From IMG/VR virus record IMGVR_UViG_3300021431_004083, positions 128,001 to 192,000 of that record: a stretch of DNA of 64,000 nt. One strand, written 5' to 3'. Source of the stretch: a virus. Its lineage: Duplodnaviria; Caudoviricetes. The translations under genes and the position numbers were made by a program. The first letter of the stretch is position 1, and each line of letters begins with the position of its first letter. Below the pieces are notes generated by a model. The model worked only from the letters and a program-made list of their open reading frames with translations, was not told where the DNA came from and searched no databases. This document shows, piece after piece, positions 10,764 through 20,108 of this stretch.

Positions 10764-11326
10764 TTACAGGTACAATGCTGCACAAAGCACTCAAAGAGAA
10801 CATCATCCAACTGAAAACAACAATGGAGTCTGAAGGCGTCTTCTGCCAAATCGGAGAATACAGCTTCTATTTCGATTCGCTCGCTGAGACGTTCGATAAC
10901 CCTGAAGACTATAAAGCAATGGTATCGACATCTCACATCGTGAACAAAATCGCAGAAGCCCTTGAAAAACTAAACAATAAGAAAACCATTGTTGTATATA
11001 ACTATGTCGAAAGTTATATCAACTACAAGTTATACGAAAACAAACCCGCAACACTGTATGACATCAAAAACGAAAGCGGTCAATATATCATCCCCGTATC
11101 ATGGGCTGTCTATTCAACAATAACGGTAGAAGCCAACAGTCTCGGAGACGCCGTCGATATCGCAAAAGAGAAGATGGACGATATACCGCTGTGTACAGAC
11201 GGCATAGAGTATGTCGATGGGTCTTACTCTATCGACATTGAAACTGACGAAGACGCCGAAAACGCACAAAGCTATACGACACTCGGCAACGTCACGATTC
11301 ACAAAAACGGCGAAATCACAGAATAA
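10760..11326 (+). CDS. Hypothetical protein
   Basis: ATGA overlap; RBS aaggag; ITVEANSLGDAVDIA phage-like motif. Confidence 0.6.
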   Translation: MITGTMLHKALKENIIQLKTTMESEGVFCQIGEYSFYFDSLAETFDNPEDYKAMVSTSHIVNKIAEALEKLNNKKTIVVYNYVESYINYKLYENKPATLYDIKNESGQYIIPVSWAVYSTITVEANSLGDAVDIAKEKMDDIPLCTDGIEYVDGSYSIDIETDEDAENAQSYTTLGNVTIHKNGEITE

Positions 11327-11341
11327 AAGAAGGTTATACCG

Positions 11342-12784
11342 ATGCCTCAAAGAACGACACCGCAAATACAAAGCGCACCGTTATCAATTGAGCAGGAAAC
11401 ATATAAACAATTCGGACTCACACACCCGAAATGTGGACTTTGGCTTGACATGGGCTGCGGAAAAACACGAATAACATTAGAAATATTATTCGACCGCAAT
11501 CCCAGTCATCACGTACTGATTATCGCTCCGAAAACAATTGCGCGCTCTGTATGGACGGATGAAATCAAAAAATGGGGACTGCCGTTCCGAACAAAGTCCC
11601 TGATTGTCAATGAACGCGGCAAAAAGCTTTCAAGAAAAAAGCGTCTCGAAAGATATGAAGAGATAAAAACCGACCCGCCGACAGTATATTTCATCAACAG
11701 AGAGCTTGTGACGGACCTTGTGACGTATTTCGAAAAGCAAAATCCGAAAATATGGTGGTTCCCGACAGTCATCATTGACGAAGCACAAGCCTTCAAAGGT
11801 TATAAGTCCGCCCGTTTCAAAGCCATGCAAAAAGTACAGCCCGCGATTCAATATCTCATTGAATTAACAGGAACACCAAAACCGAAGGGTGTTGAAGACT
11901 TATGGCCGCAAATATACCTCATGGACGGAGGACAACGTCTCGGGAAAAACATCACTGCCTTCCGCAACAGCTTCATGTATCCGACAGCTGTAGTAAACGG
12001 ACACCCTGTCGGGTATCAGCCTATAAAAGGCGCTGAAGATGAAATCTATCGCCGTATCGCCGACCTTGTCATTTCGGGCAAAAATAACTCTGTTAAATTG
12101 CCGACACTCAATATGCAAACGATTTACGCGCATATGACAGAAGACGAAATGAAAATATACAAAACGCTAATGAAAGATTACGTGTTTGTGTCTGACGACG
12201 GTGATGTTGTGACAGCTGACACAGCAGCCATTCTGCAAATGAAGTTGGCACAAATGTCATCCGGCACGCTATATACCGACGCCAAAAACAATCAGTATGC
12301 AGTCATCCACGAGCAGAAGCTCGATATATGTAAATATATCATTGACAACACATCGACGCCATGCCTGATCGCGTATCACTTCAACAGCGAAAAATCGGAA
12401 ATCATCAAATATTTCTCAGACAAAGGATATGGCATAAAGGTATTCGATAAAACGCCCGAGATGATTAAGAAATGGAACGACGGTAACATTCCTATCATGT
12501 TGATTCAACCCGCATCTGCAGGGCATGGTCTGAATCTCCAATTCGGCGGACACGATTTGATATGGTACACACTGCCGTTTTGGGACTTAGAGCAATACCT
12601 GCAGACAAACGCCCGCCTGTACCGAAACGGTCAGCGCTACGCTGTCAACATATGGCACATATTGACAAAAGGTACAATCGACGCGCGCATCTTGAAAGGC
12701 TTAAACATGCGAGACTTTAGCCAAAAAGAAATGCTCGAAGCTGTTAACGCATGCAAAAACATACCGATTTCAGACGTCTCATAA
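11342..12784 (+). CDS. SNF2-family (SF2) helicase, phage type
   Basis: LDMGCGKT, IIDEAQ, LTGTP, SAGHGLNLQ and QTNARLYRNGQ motifs. Confidence 0.9.
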   Translation: MPQRTTPQIQSAPLSIEQETYKQFGLTHPKCGLWLDMGCGKTRITLEILFDRNPSHHVLIIAPKTIARSVWTDEIKKWGLPFRTKSLIVNERGKKLSRKKRLERYEEIKTDPPTVYFINRELVTDLVTYFEKQNPKIWWFPTVIIDEAQAFKGYKSARFKAMQKVQPAIQYLIELTGTPKPKGVEDLWPQIYLMDGGQRLGKNITAFRNSFMYPTAVVNGHPVGYQPIKGAEDEIYRRIADLVISGKNNSVKLPTLNMQTIYAHMTEDEMKIYKTLMKDYVFVSDDGDVVTADTAAILQMKLAQMSSGTLYTDAKNNQYAVIHEQKLDICKYIIDNTSTPCLIAYHFNSEKSEIIKYFSDKGYGIKVFDKTPEMIKKWNDGNIPIMLIQPASAGHGLNLQFGGHDLIWYTLPFWDLEQYLQTNARLYRNGQRYAVNIWHILTKGTIDARILKGLNMRDFSQKEMLEAVNACKNIPISDVS

Positions 12785-12803
12785 GGAAAGGAGAGGTTCG
12801 TAC

Positions 12804-13460
12804 GTGATTTACGGTTATTGCAGAACATCCACCGCAAACCAAAGCATAGAAAAACAAATACGAAACATCCTCTCCGCCTTTCCTGATGCTGAAATCCATC
12901 AAGAAGAATACACAGGAAGAAAACTCTGTGAACACAAAGAGTTTGACAAAATAATCAAACAAGTCAAACCCGGCGATACGATTGTATTTGACAGTATCAG
13001 TCAAATGGGCTACGACGCTGATGACAGTATTATGTCCTATCTCGATTTATTCGACAAAGAAATCAACCTTGTGTTTTTGAAAGAACCCCATATTAACACA
13101 AGCACGTACAGAAGCGTTTTACCAAACACGATTCCAATAACGGAAACCATCTGTATAAAAAAGTTGATTGAAAAACAAATACGTCTTATGCTTAAACAAT
13201 CACAAAAGAAAACGAATGATTTCCGCAAACAAGTCGCAAAAGGTATTGAAACCGCAAGGCGAAACGGAAAACAAATCGGACAGAAAAAAGGGACAACGCT
13301 TCATATAAAAAAGAAAGCGCCCGCAAAAGCTCTGATTGAAAAACACAGCAAAGATTTCAGAGGAACATTACCTGACGGTGAAGTGATGAAACTTATCGGG
13401 TTGAGCCGCAACACATATTACAAATATAAGAAAGAACTAACGATTGAACTAAACTCATAA
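12804..13460 (+). CDS. Serine recombinase (resolvase family) with C-terminal HTH; active-site arginines degenerate
   Basis: YGYCRTST, GDTIVFDSISQMGY, ARRNGKQIG and GLSRNTYYKY. Confidence 0.8.
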   Translation: MIYGYCRTSTANQSIEKQIRNILSAFPDAEIHQEEYTGRKLCEHKEFDKIIKQVKPGDTIVFDSISQMGYDADDSIMSYLDLFDKEINLVFLKEPHINTSTYRSVLPNTIPITETICIKKLIEKQIRLMLKQSQKKTNDFRKQVAKGIETARRNGKQIGQKKGTTLHIKKKAPAKALIEKHSKDFRGTLPDGEVMKLIGLSRNTYYKYKKELTIELNS

Positions 13461-13471
13461 TGCTCATAAAT

Positions 13472-13499
13472 AAAAAAGCTGTGGATAAACCACAGCCTT
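13472..13499. terminator. Terminator between convergent genes
   Basis: gctgtgg-ataaa-ccacagc with an A-run on the left. Confidence 0.55.
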
Positions 13500-13516
13500 A
13501 ATATCACAATAACGCA

Positions 13517-14050
13517 TCAACCGTGTTCTTCTGGTTTTACACCGACACGCCATACACCGATACAGCGTAAATCGGATTGCGTGACAGATTGAGAGGGTAA
13601 ATGAATTACCTTTTTATGATACAATGACTCAATATCAGCGGCGTCATTGTACTTGAGAAGGTCATCTACAGTCATATTCGCACTATTAGCGATATCCTTT
13701 ATCACATCACTGTTCTTTACGTCATATATCCAAATACCTTTGTCATCTTCCGTAAAATAAGGATGGACATAATTACCATCCTTATTTTCCACATCGGGAT
13801 TGTTCCGATAGTCGGACAGCCTTTTGTTGGCTTGATTGGTGCGTTCCGTAACAGCATTATGCTCCGCAATAGCAGCATTATCAGACATGCGCTTTTGATA
13901 GTCGTCATGATAAGAGACCATAGAAGCCTGCGCTTGTGAAACAGCATCATTATGAATATTAGACAGATTCTGATATGCAAAATAACCGGTGCCGCCAACA
14001 GCAATGACACTCGCAAGAATAGCAGCAACAAAAGGAACCTTGCTTGACAC
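13517..14050 (-). CDS. Membrane-anchored LysM-domain protein
   Basis: N-terminal hydrophobic helix; YDVKNSDVIKDIANSANMTVDDLLKYN and KVIHLP fit LysM; GTG start behind RBS gaggtg. Confidence 0.65.
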   Translation of the reverse strand: MSSKVPFVAAILASVIAVGGTGYFAYQNLSNIHNDAVSQAQASMVSYHDDYQKRMSDNAAIAEHNAVTERTNQANKRLSDYRNNPDVENKDGNYVHPYFTEDDKGIWIYDVKNSDVIKDIANSANMTVDDLLKYNDAADIESLYHKKVIHLPSQSVTQSDLRCIGVWRVGVKPEEHG

Positions 14051-14199
14051 AAAAACCACCTCATTTATAAAATATATGATGACAAACGTCATTTAATATG
14101 TTATAATAATAGCAGATAAATCTTTGAAAATCAATAGTTTTCTGAAGATTTACTAATAAAATAATCTCTGCAACAGCAGGGAAAGGAGAATTTTACAAT

Positions 14200-15027
14200 A
14201 TGGCAAACGATTATGGCAATTTTGCCCCCAAAACAAAGGCCTACATCAGAGGCAAACTCGAATTCGGACGTTTGATTACACCGTACGACGGCGAAGAGCT
14301 TATCGCGAACAATAAGCGACGCGTCGGTATCGGCAAGAAGGAAATCAACAGCCCGCACAGAAGCATCCGTTTGAGGAACGCGGCGCTCTGCTGGGAAAAG
14401 GGTACTCCCCTTGAGCAGTATCTCAAGGAAAACAAGCTCTACAACAGCGAGAAGCCCGAAAGAAAGCCGAACAATCCGTATTTCGAGCTCGACCCCAAGG
14501 GCGCGCTCATGCCTCTGTTCTACGAGCTTAAGGGTGACAGATATGAAGAGTTCGTTCCCGAGAACGAGCTTGATTCCAATCTCGACGTCACCATCGAAGT
14601 TGAGGTATTCCAGAGCAGAAACGGCAGCGGTCTCGGCTTGAGAGCCATCTACGTGAACGAGCCTGTGAGATATTTCACTCGCAACAATGACCTCGAAGCG
14701 TTCGGCGTAAACATCAAGCCCATGTCTCGTGAGCAGCGTGAAGCGGAGCGTGAAGCGCTCATCAACAGAATCAATGCAGAGAACGCGGCAATGCAGCAGA
14801 ATATGGCGCCTCAGGCAGCTCCCGCGCAGACCTATGGTCAGCCCGTAATGCCGCAGGCACAGCCGTATCAGCCCCCTTATCAGGGTTATCAACAGCCTCC
14901 CGTTCCGCCTTATCAGGGCTATCAGCAGCCCACAGCGCCCCAGATGCCCATGGGACAGGCAAACGGTTTTCAGCAGCCTCCGGTAAATCCCGCAGGCGCC
15001 GGTATCTCTTGGGGCGAAGACGAATAA
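14200..15027 (+). CDS. Putative single-stranded DNA-binding protein
   Basis: Beta-rich core (GSGLGLRAIYV), P/Q-rich linker with duplicated PYQGYQQP, acidic aromatic tail ISWGEDE, adjacent to the primase. Confidence 0.5.
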   Translation: MANDYGNFAPKTKAYIRGKLEFGRLITPYDGEELIANNKRRVGIGKKEINSPHRSIRLRNAALCWEKGTPLEQYLKENKLYNSEKPERKPNNPYFELDPKGALMPLFYELKGDRYEEFVPENELDSNLDVTIEVEVFQSRNGSGLGLRAIYVNEPVRYFTRNNDLEAFGVNIKPMSREQREAEREALINRINAENAAMQQNMAPQAAPAQTYGQPVMPQAQPYQPPYQGYQQPPVPPYQGYQQPTAPQMPMGQANGFQQPPVNPAGAGISWGEDE

Positions 15028-15117
15028 GAGAAATACCGTAAATAAAACCCCAAACATGTCGTTTATCACAAAAACGGCACAATAAAACGATAAAGAGAGC
15101 AGAAAGGAGTGCGGGTT

Positions 15118-16116
15118 ATGCAAAATCAAAGCGATTTTTACTCGCACCCTTTCATCCTCACTATCGCAAACAATCAAAGGTGGACTGTATCAACAAAAGA
15201 TAAAGTCCCGCTTGATATGTTTATGTTAATTTACCATAAACGTATTTGTGGAGCAAAATTCCACGACGAAGCGTCTCTCGTCTCTCTTCCCGACTTGATC
15301 GGAGTATTGGGACGACCTGAAAATTGCGCATACTGGCTCGACGCGCTCGAAGACAATTTCGTTGTCGTCGATGTAGAACCGAGCTGTCCTGAAAAAATTA
15401 AAAATAATCTTCTCAGATTACCATACATTTACGGAGAAAGGTCGATGTCAGGAAAAGGATATCATTTAGTGGTACCGATAACCACTGAGTTCGACGACTG
15501 CTCTGAATTATTGACAAAACCCGCAATCAAAGAAAAACACAAATGGTACGAAATACTGACAAGCCATTTCGTAACATTCACAGGAAACATCATCCAACCG
15601 GCTTACGACAATGTTCCGTTAAAAAGCCTGATTGATTATCTTAAACCGATGCAAACCGTCAGCAACAGAACTGACTTTCATTTCGAAGACTTAACGGACG
15701 GCGAACCCATCCCGGGACAAGACCAAATTGTAAGACAAATGATGGACGTCAAACCAAAGAACCTCGATGAATTTTATGACGATGTATCTCGCTATGAATT
15801 CGCATATGCTTGTAAGCTATATGCGAATATGCAGACGATTATTCAAAGCATCAAAAAACAACATCGAGACTTCAGCTCATTCAATGAAAAACAAAAAGAG
15901 AACTTTGGTTATGACGAAAAAATAATAAACCACGAATATACGCTTAATGAAAAAGCTTATTTTATATATCTCGTTTTGTCGGAAAATCTCGAACATCGCT
16001 TAAAACACGAAACCTTCCGTCAAAACCTGCCGTGGCTATTGTATTTAGCACAAGAAGCCATCGCAAAATCAACAGCGTCGAACGACGACGCAGCAAATAC
16101 TCAACAAAAGGTGTGA
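15118..16116 (+). CDS. Stand-alone primase-polymerase (AEP/Prim-Pol-like)
   Basis: VVVDVE (motif I), ERSMSGKGYHLV (SxSGxGxH) and HFVTFTG. Confidence 0.7.
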   Translation: MQNQSDFYSHPFILTIANNQRWTVSTKDKVPLDMFMLIYHKRICGAKFHDEASLVSLPDLIGVLGRPENCAYWLDALEDNFVVVDVEPSCPEKIKNNLLRLPYIYGERSMSGKGYHLVVPITTEFDDCSELLTKPAIKEKHKWYEILTSHFVTFTGNIIQPAYDNVPLKSLIDYLKPMQTVSNRTDFHFEDLTDGEPIPGQDQIVRQMMDVKPKNLDEFYDDVSRYEFAYACKLYANMQTIIQSIKKQHRDFSSFNEKQKENFGYDEKIINHEYTLNEKAYFIYLVLSENLEHRLKHETFRQNLPWLLYLAQEAIAKSTASNDDAANTQQKV

Positions 16117-16121
16117 TTAAA

Positions 16122-16355
16122 ATGCCAAACGCGACAATCAAAAACGGAGCCATGCTCACCGGCATTTTAAGAATGCACGATTCGGCGACAAACACGATAT
16201 ACGACGTCACCGTCAAAGGTAATATCATATCGATAAAAGACGACATCGTGCAAATCGCGTTAACAGAACAACTCAACTGGAACAGCGTATTCTCGCTTAT
16301 AAAAGGACAGTTGATAAGCATAATGAAAACAAATATCCTTAATATCGAAGGCTGA
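16122..16355 (+). CDS. Small hypothetical protein
   Basis: ATG 16122 behind aaggtg. Confidence 0.5.
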   Translation: MPNATIKNGAMLTGILRMHDSATNTIYDVTVKGNIISIKDDIVQIALTEQLNWNSVFSLIKGQLISIMKTNILNIEG

Positions 16356-16407
16356 TATACCTCTTTCATTACCCCTCTCAGCGTTATTGATATTTCATTG
16401 ACACTGA

Positions 16408-16431
16408 GAGGGGAGCAACCCCTCTTTTTTT
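16408..16431 (+). terminator. Terminator with a competing upstream stem
   Basis: gagggg-agcaa-cccctc followed by T7; its 5' arm can also pair with cccctc at 16372. Confidence 0.65.
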
Positions 16432-16464
16432 ACAAAACACCAAAACGCAAGGAGAAAAACCCCT

Positions 16465-16797
16465 ATGAAACCTGAAAACATAACACCCATGTACAGCCGC
16501 ACACCGATTGATTATAAAAGCAAAAAGGGCTTTTCCATCGCGTCTCTTACCATCAGTATCATCAGCTGTATCATCACATGGTTAGGTCTTGTCGGCAGCA
16601 TTGCGGCTCTTGTACTGTCAACATTGAGCCTTATCTTTGCTATCATTGCCAAAAAGCAAAACAGAGAAATCAGACGAAAAAGCCATCTCGCAACAATAGG
16701 TCTCGTCATATCCATCATCGGAATCGTACTCGCCGTTATTAATTTGATTACATACGGATTCGTCTTTGGCTTTCTCGCCAACATAATAAATAGTTGA
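16465..16797 (+). CDS. DUF4190-like membrane protein
   Basis: KGFSIASL, LIFAIIAKKQ and LATIGLVISIIG hydrophobic helices. Confidence 0.65.
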   Translation: MKPENITPMYSRTPIDYKSKKGFSIASLTISIISCIITWLGLVGSIAALVLSTLSLIFAIIAKKQNREIRRKSHLATIGLVISIIGIVLAVINLITYGFVFGFLANIINS

Positions 16798-16822
16798 CAA
16801 AAACGCAAATCGCGCTTACAAT
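16794..16822 (+). promoter_or_regulatory. SigA-type promoter
   Basis: TTGACA, 17 bp spacer, TACAAT. Confidence 0.7.
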
Positions 16823-16854
16823 AATAATATACCAATAAAAAGGAGAGTCTTACT

Positions 16855-17145
16855 ATGACTGTTACCGTAAAAGGCGGCACACTCTCACAAAAGGAAATCA
16901 ACGAATACATCCTTGAAATGAAGAAGCGTCACCCGGACCAAAAAATCAAATCAATGACGTTAACGCTCGATAACGACGAAGTAGAAATCAACTACGAATA
17001 CGAAAGCGTACCGTTCGAAAGAATTCGTCGTATCACAGGCTATCTTGTCGGAACCATCGAACGCTTCAACAACGCAAAGCGTGCTGAGGTTAACGACAGA
17101 GTTAAACACAGTCTCTGCGATTGCCGTCTTGAAAACATCGCGTAA
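16855..17145 (+). CDS. Stand-alone glycyl-radical domain of class III ribonucleotide reductase (NrdD C-terminus-like)
   Basis: ERIRRITGYLVG and FNNAKRAEVNDRVKH match the NrdD C-terminal signature; own promoter and RBS. Confidence 0.8.
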   Translation: MTVTVKGGTLSQKEINEYILEMKKRHPDQKIKSMTLTLDNDEVEINYEYESVPFERIRRITGYLVGTIERFNNAKRAEVNDRVKHSLCDCRLENIA

Positions 17146-17213
17146 GAAAGATGTCCCGTTAATCAACGGGGCATCCCTCTTTAACCAAAAAACATAAAAA
17201 AGGTGAGCTGCAT

Positions 17214-17579
17214 ATGAATAACGATTACAAATATCCGCCGTTTACACTCACGCCGAGTAAAAAAACAGAATATTGTGTTATTTTCGCACCGATGGCAAAA
17301 CGATTGCACGGCTTTTTCGCGCACCATGGCATCACGGAATATGCAATCGTAGACGCACCTATGATAAAACAAAACAACCCTGTGTTGAAAGAACCGTTAG
17401 TCGTAAGAATAGAAACGACGAACAAACAGATCAAAAGAAACGACCTTCGCCTGTATCTGGCGGCGCCCTTTAAAAAAGAAGACATGGAAAAGCTTGTAAA
17501 CACATGTCTCAATTGGCGCAAAACAGACAGCGCCGCGAAGATATCAGAAGAACAGGCAAAAGCAAACGAACCTGCATAA
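17214..17579 (+). CDS. Hypothetical protein
   Basis: RBS aaggtg; 121 aa; directly upstream of the RNase-like gene. Confidence 0.55.
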   Translation: MNNDYKYPPFTLTPSKKTEYCVIFAPMAKRLHGFFAHHGITEYAIVDAPMIKQNNPVLKEPLVVRIETTNKQIKRNDLRLYLAAPFKKEDMEKLVNTCLNWRKTDSAAKISEEQAKANEPA

Positions 17580-17597
17580 ACCGAAAGGTGACATGAC

Positions 17598-18623
17598 ATG
17601 AAACAAATCAGCTATCAAATGCACCCTGATACAACAAAACAGGAGCTTATAGACCATCTGTTTGACCTGAGTCTCATATTACAAGACAGACCGAAAACAG
17701 GATGGTGGCATGTCGACCATAAATATAATCATTCCGATAAACATTTCGACAAAACGCAAGACGAGCTTATCGAAGGTCTTATCGAAAGAAATCTCAACAC
17801 GCAAAAATACGACCGCACTGACGCTGCAAGCTCCTTCGATACGAACGTTGTATCAAAAGAAAACATATTAGCCGAAAGCATACTTGATAATATGGAAGAG
17901 ATAGCTGATTGGTTATTATCCGACGACGACTGTCTTTTGGATATCAACACGCAAATAAAAGATGAAAAAACAGGCAAACCCATCAATATCGGATACGGTT
18001 TTGCCAACGGTCTGAAGGGTTTTTCGACAAGTAATGCCCGCGTCGTTCTCACGAAAGAGTTCAACAATCCGGAAGGCTTCGCCATCCGAACCATGTACCC
18101 GTTTTTCGATGAAACGCATTCCGTGTATAATGGCGTCGACGGATTGAAACTCTTGCGCGAAAGTGAAACATTCAAAAACGCAAACACTGCGCAGCAGGAT
18201 TATATGCGAACACTGGTGACACATCGTAACATATATGCCAGACAACAAAAAGACTCCGGTGAAATACGCTACGTTATGACGGATGCCAAAAGTGAAAACG
18301 CACCGATACGCTACACTGTTTACGATAAAAAAGAAGAAAGTCGATTAGTAATTGGCTCGAAAGACGGTCATAATAACATCATAAAATGTCCATACACGAA
18401 AAACCCCGACCAAAAAGGTCTGCTGACATTTCCCGACGATATCGACTATGAAAAATTCCAAAACGACTTCCCACATTTCTGTGAAACCATCAGCATATCA
18501 CAAAAAATAATCGAAGATGAGAGGGCATTTCGAAAACAACAACGAAAAAAGCAAGCGAACAACCTCAAAGAAAAAACCGTCGATAAACAAACAGAACAGC
18601 AAACACAACGGCAGCCCGAATAG
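17598..18623 (+). CDS. Protein with bacterial RNase A-like (CdiA-CT type) nuclease domain
   Basis: HSDKHFDKT, ASSF, IADWL, IGYGF, RVVL and GFAIRTMYP follow the RNAse_A_bac pattern. Confidence 0.6.
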   Translation: MKQISYQMHPDTTKQELIDHLFDLSLILQDRPKTGWWHVDHKYNHSDKHFDKTQDELIEGLIERNLNTQKYDRTDAASSFDTNVVSKENILAESILDNMEEIADWLLSDDDCLLDINTQIKDEKTGKPINIGYGFANGLKGFSTSNARVVLTKEFNNPEGFAIRTMYPFFDETHSVYNGVDGLKLLRESETFKNANTAQQDYMRTLVTHRNIYARQQKDSGEIRYVMTDAKSENAPIRYTVYDKKEESRLVIGSKDGHNNIIKCPYTKNPDQKGLLTFPDDIDYEKFQNDFPHFCETISISQKIIEDERAFRKQQRKKQANNLKEKTVDKQTEQQTQRQPE

Positions 18624-18676
18624 GTTGTCGTTTTTTTATATCTAAAAAATCACATGTAAAAGCGAGTTGAAAAAAC

Positions 18677-19906
18677 GTGAAAAAACCTCTCGCCGAACAG
18701 GCACGACCGACAAAATACCTCAGTGACATCATAGGACAACCTCATCTCACAGGCGCGAACGGTAGCATTACAAATATGTTACAGAACGACAGCCTCAAAT
18801 CCATGATATTTTACGGACCTCCCGGAACAGGGAAAACGTCAACAGCCCGAATCATCGCGGAGAATACAAACTACCCGCTGTGTTCACTGAATGCCACTGT
18901 TGCGTCAGTAAAAGACATCCACAAAGCGATTACCGATAACGAAGATAATCTTCCTGTTCTCGTTTATCTGGATGAAGTGCAATACTTCAATAAAAAACAA
19001 CAACAATCGCTGCTCCCGTTTATCGAATCGGGAGAAATGGTTTTGATTGCAAGCACTACGGAGAATCCTTATCATGCGTTATATGACGCACTCATCAGCC
19101 GATGCATTGTATGTGAGTTCAAAAAGCCGACGCCGAACCAAATAGAAGAACGTTTGTTTGTTATCGTAAGAGATTTTATGACAAACAAAATCCAATTCGA
19201 CGCAGGCGCATTGCATTATATTGCGGACATATCAGGCGGTGATGTCCGGCAAGCAATCAACATAACAGAGCTTGCATATGAACAATACAAAAGTCGATAC
19301 GCTGCTCACAAAACAGCTATTTCTATCAACGATATCAAAGCCTTGCTGCCGTCCGTAAATATGGCAGGCTTTGACACAAACGGAAACATCCATTATGGGC
19401 TCATTTCCGCGCTGCAGAAATCAATAAGAGGAAGCGACCCCGACGCTGCTGTCTTTTATCTCGCAAGACTACTCGAAGGCGGGGATTTGCTGTCCCCATG
19501 CAGAAGACTTCTTGTGATCGCGAACGAAGACATCGGACTCGCAGCGCCGCACGTACCATCAGCAGTATATGCCATGGTACAGACAGCGAAAGAACTTGGC
19601 TTACCTGAAGCAAAGTTACCATTAACAAACGCTGTGTTACTGATGGCAACAGCGCCAAAGTCTCACTCGGCAGAACAAGCATACAACGCAGCGCTCGAAG
19701 ACGTCGTAAAAGGAAAGGGCGGAACGATACCGACACATCTCGCGCGTGCTTGCGCACAAGGCTATTTATATCCGCATGACTATCCAAATCATTGGGTAAA
19801 ACAACAATATATGCCTGACGACATTATCGGTCACAAGTATTATAATCCTGAGAACAGTTTTGTAGAAAAGCAAAACGACATTTATTGGCGAGCCATAAAG
19901 TCGTAA
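18677..19906 (+). CDS. rarA: Replication-associated recombination protein A (MgsA/RarA AAA+)
   Basis: DIIGQPHL, YGPPGTGKT, LDEV, STTENP, SALQKSIRGSDPDAA, EDIGLA and YLYPHDY. Confidence 0.92.
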   Translation: MKKPLAEQARPTKYLSDIIGQPHLTGANGSITNMLQNDSLKSMIFYGPPGTGKTSTARIIAENTNYPLCSLNATVASVKDIHKAITDNEDNLPVLVYLDEVQYFNKKQQQSLLPFIESGEMVLIASTTENPYHALYDALISRCIVCEFKKPTPNQIEERLFVIVRDFMTNKIQFDAGALHYIADISGGDVRQAINITELAYEQYKSRYAAHKTAISINDIKALLPSVNMAGFDTNGNIHYGLISALQKSIRGSDPDAAVFYLARLLEGGDLLSPCRRLLVIANEDIGLAAPHVPSAVYAMVQTAKELGLPEAKLPLTNAVLLMATAPKSHSAEQAYNAALEDVVKGKGGTIPTHLARACAQGYLYPHDYPNHWVKQQYMPDDIIGHKYYNPENSFVEKQNDIYWRAIKS

Positions 19907-19919
19907 AAAGAAAATTGAA

Positions 19920-19946
19920 GCCTCGTGATACTCATATCACGAGGCC
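19920..19946 (+). terminator. Stem-loop after rarA
   Basis: gcctcgtgata-ctca-tatcacgaggc. Confidence 0.5.
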
Positions 19947-20108
19947 ACGCTTATGTTTTTGCACACAAAAACAGCAAAATATGCCTTGGGGAGTTGTACT
20001 CATGAGTATATGTATCGGAGAAGTAATGCGTTTAGAAATAAATAGCATTCATCGAAAACACAAAGCTCAAATTACATTAAAAAATTTTAAAAAGGAGTAT
20101 CCTAAACT

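Noticed and set aside
14131-15177. 348-aa minus-strand ORF
   Set aside because: Antisense shadow of the codon-biased SSB-like gene; no RBS or motifs.
16855-17145. nrdD pseudogene
   Set aside because: It has its own promoter, RBS and a distinct N-terminus, with no upstream nrdD remnants.
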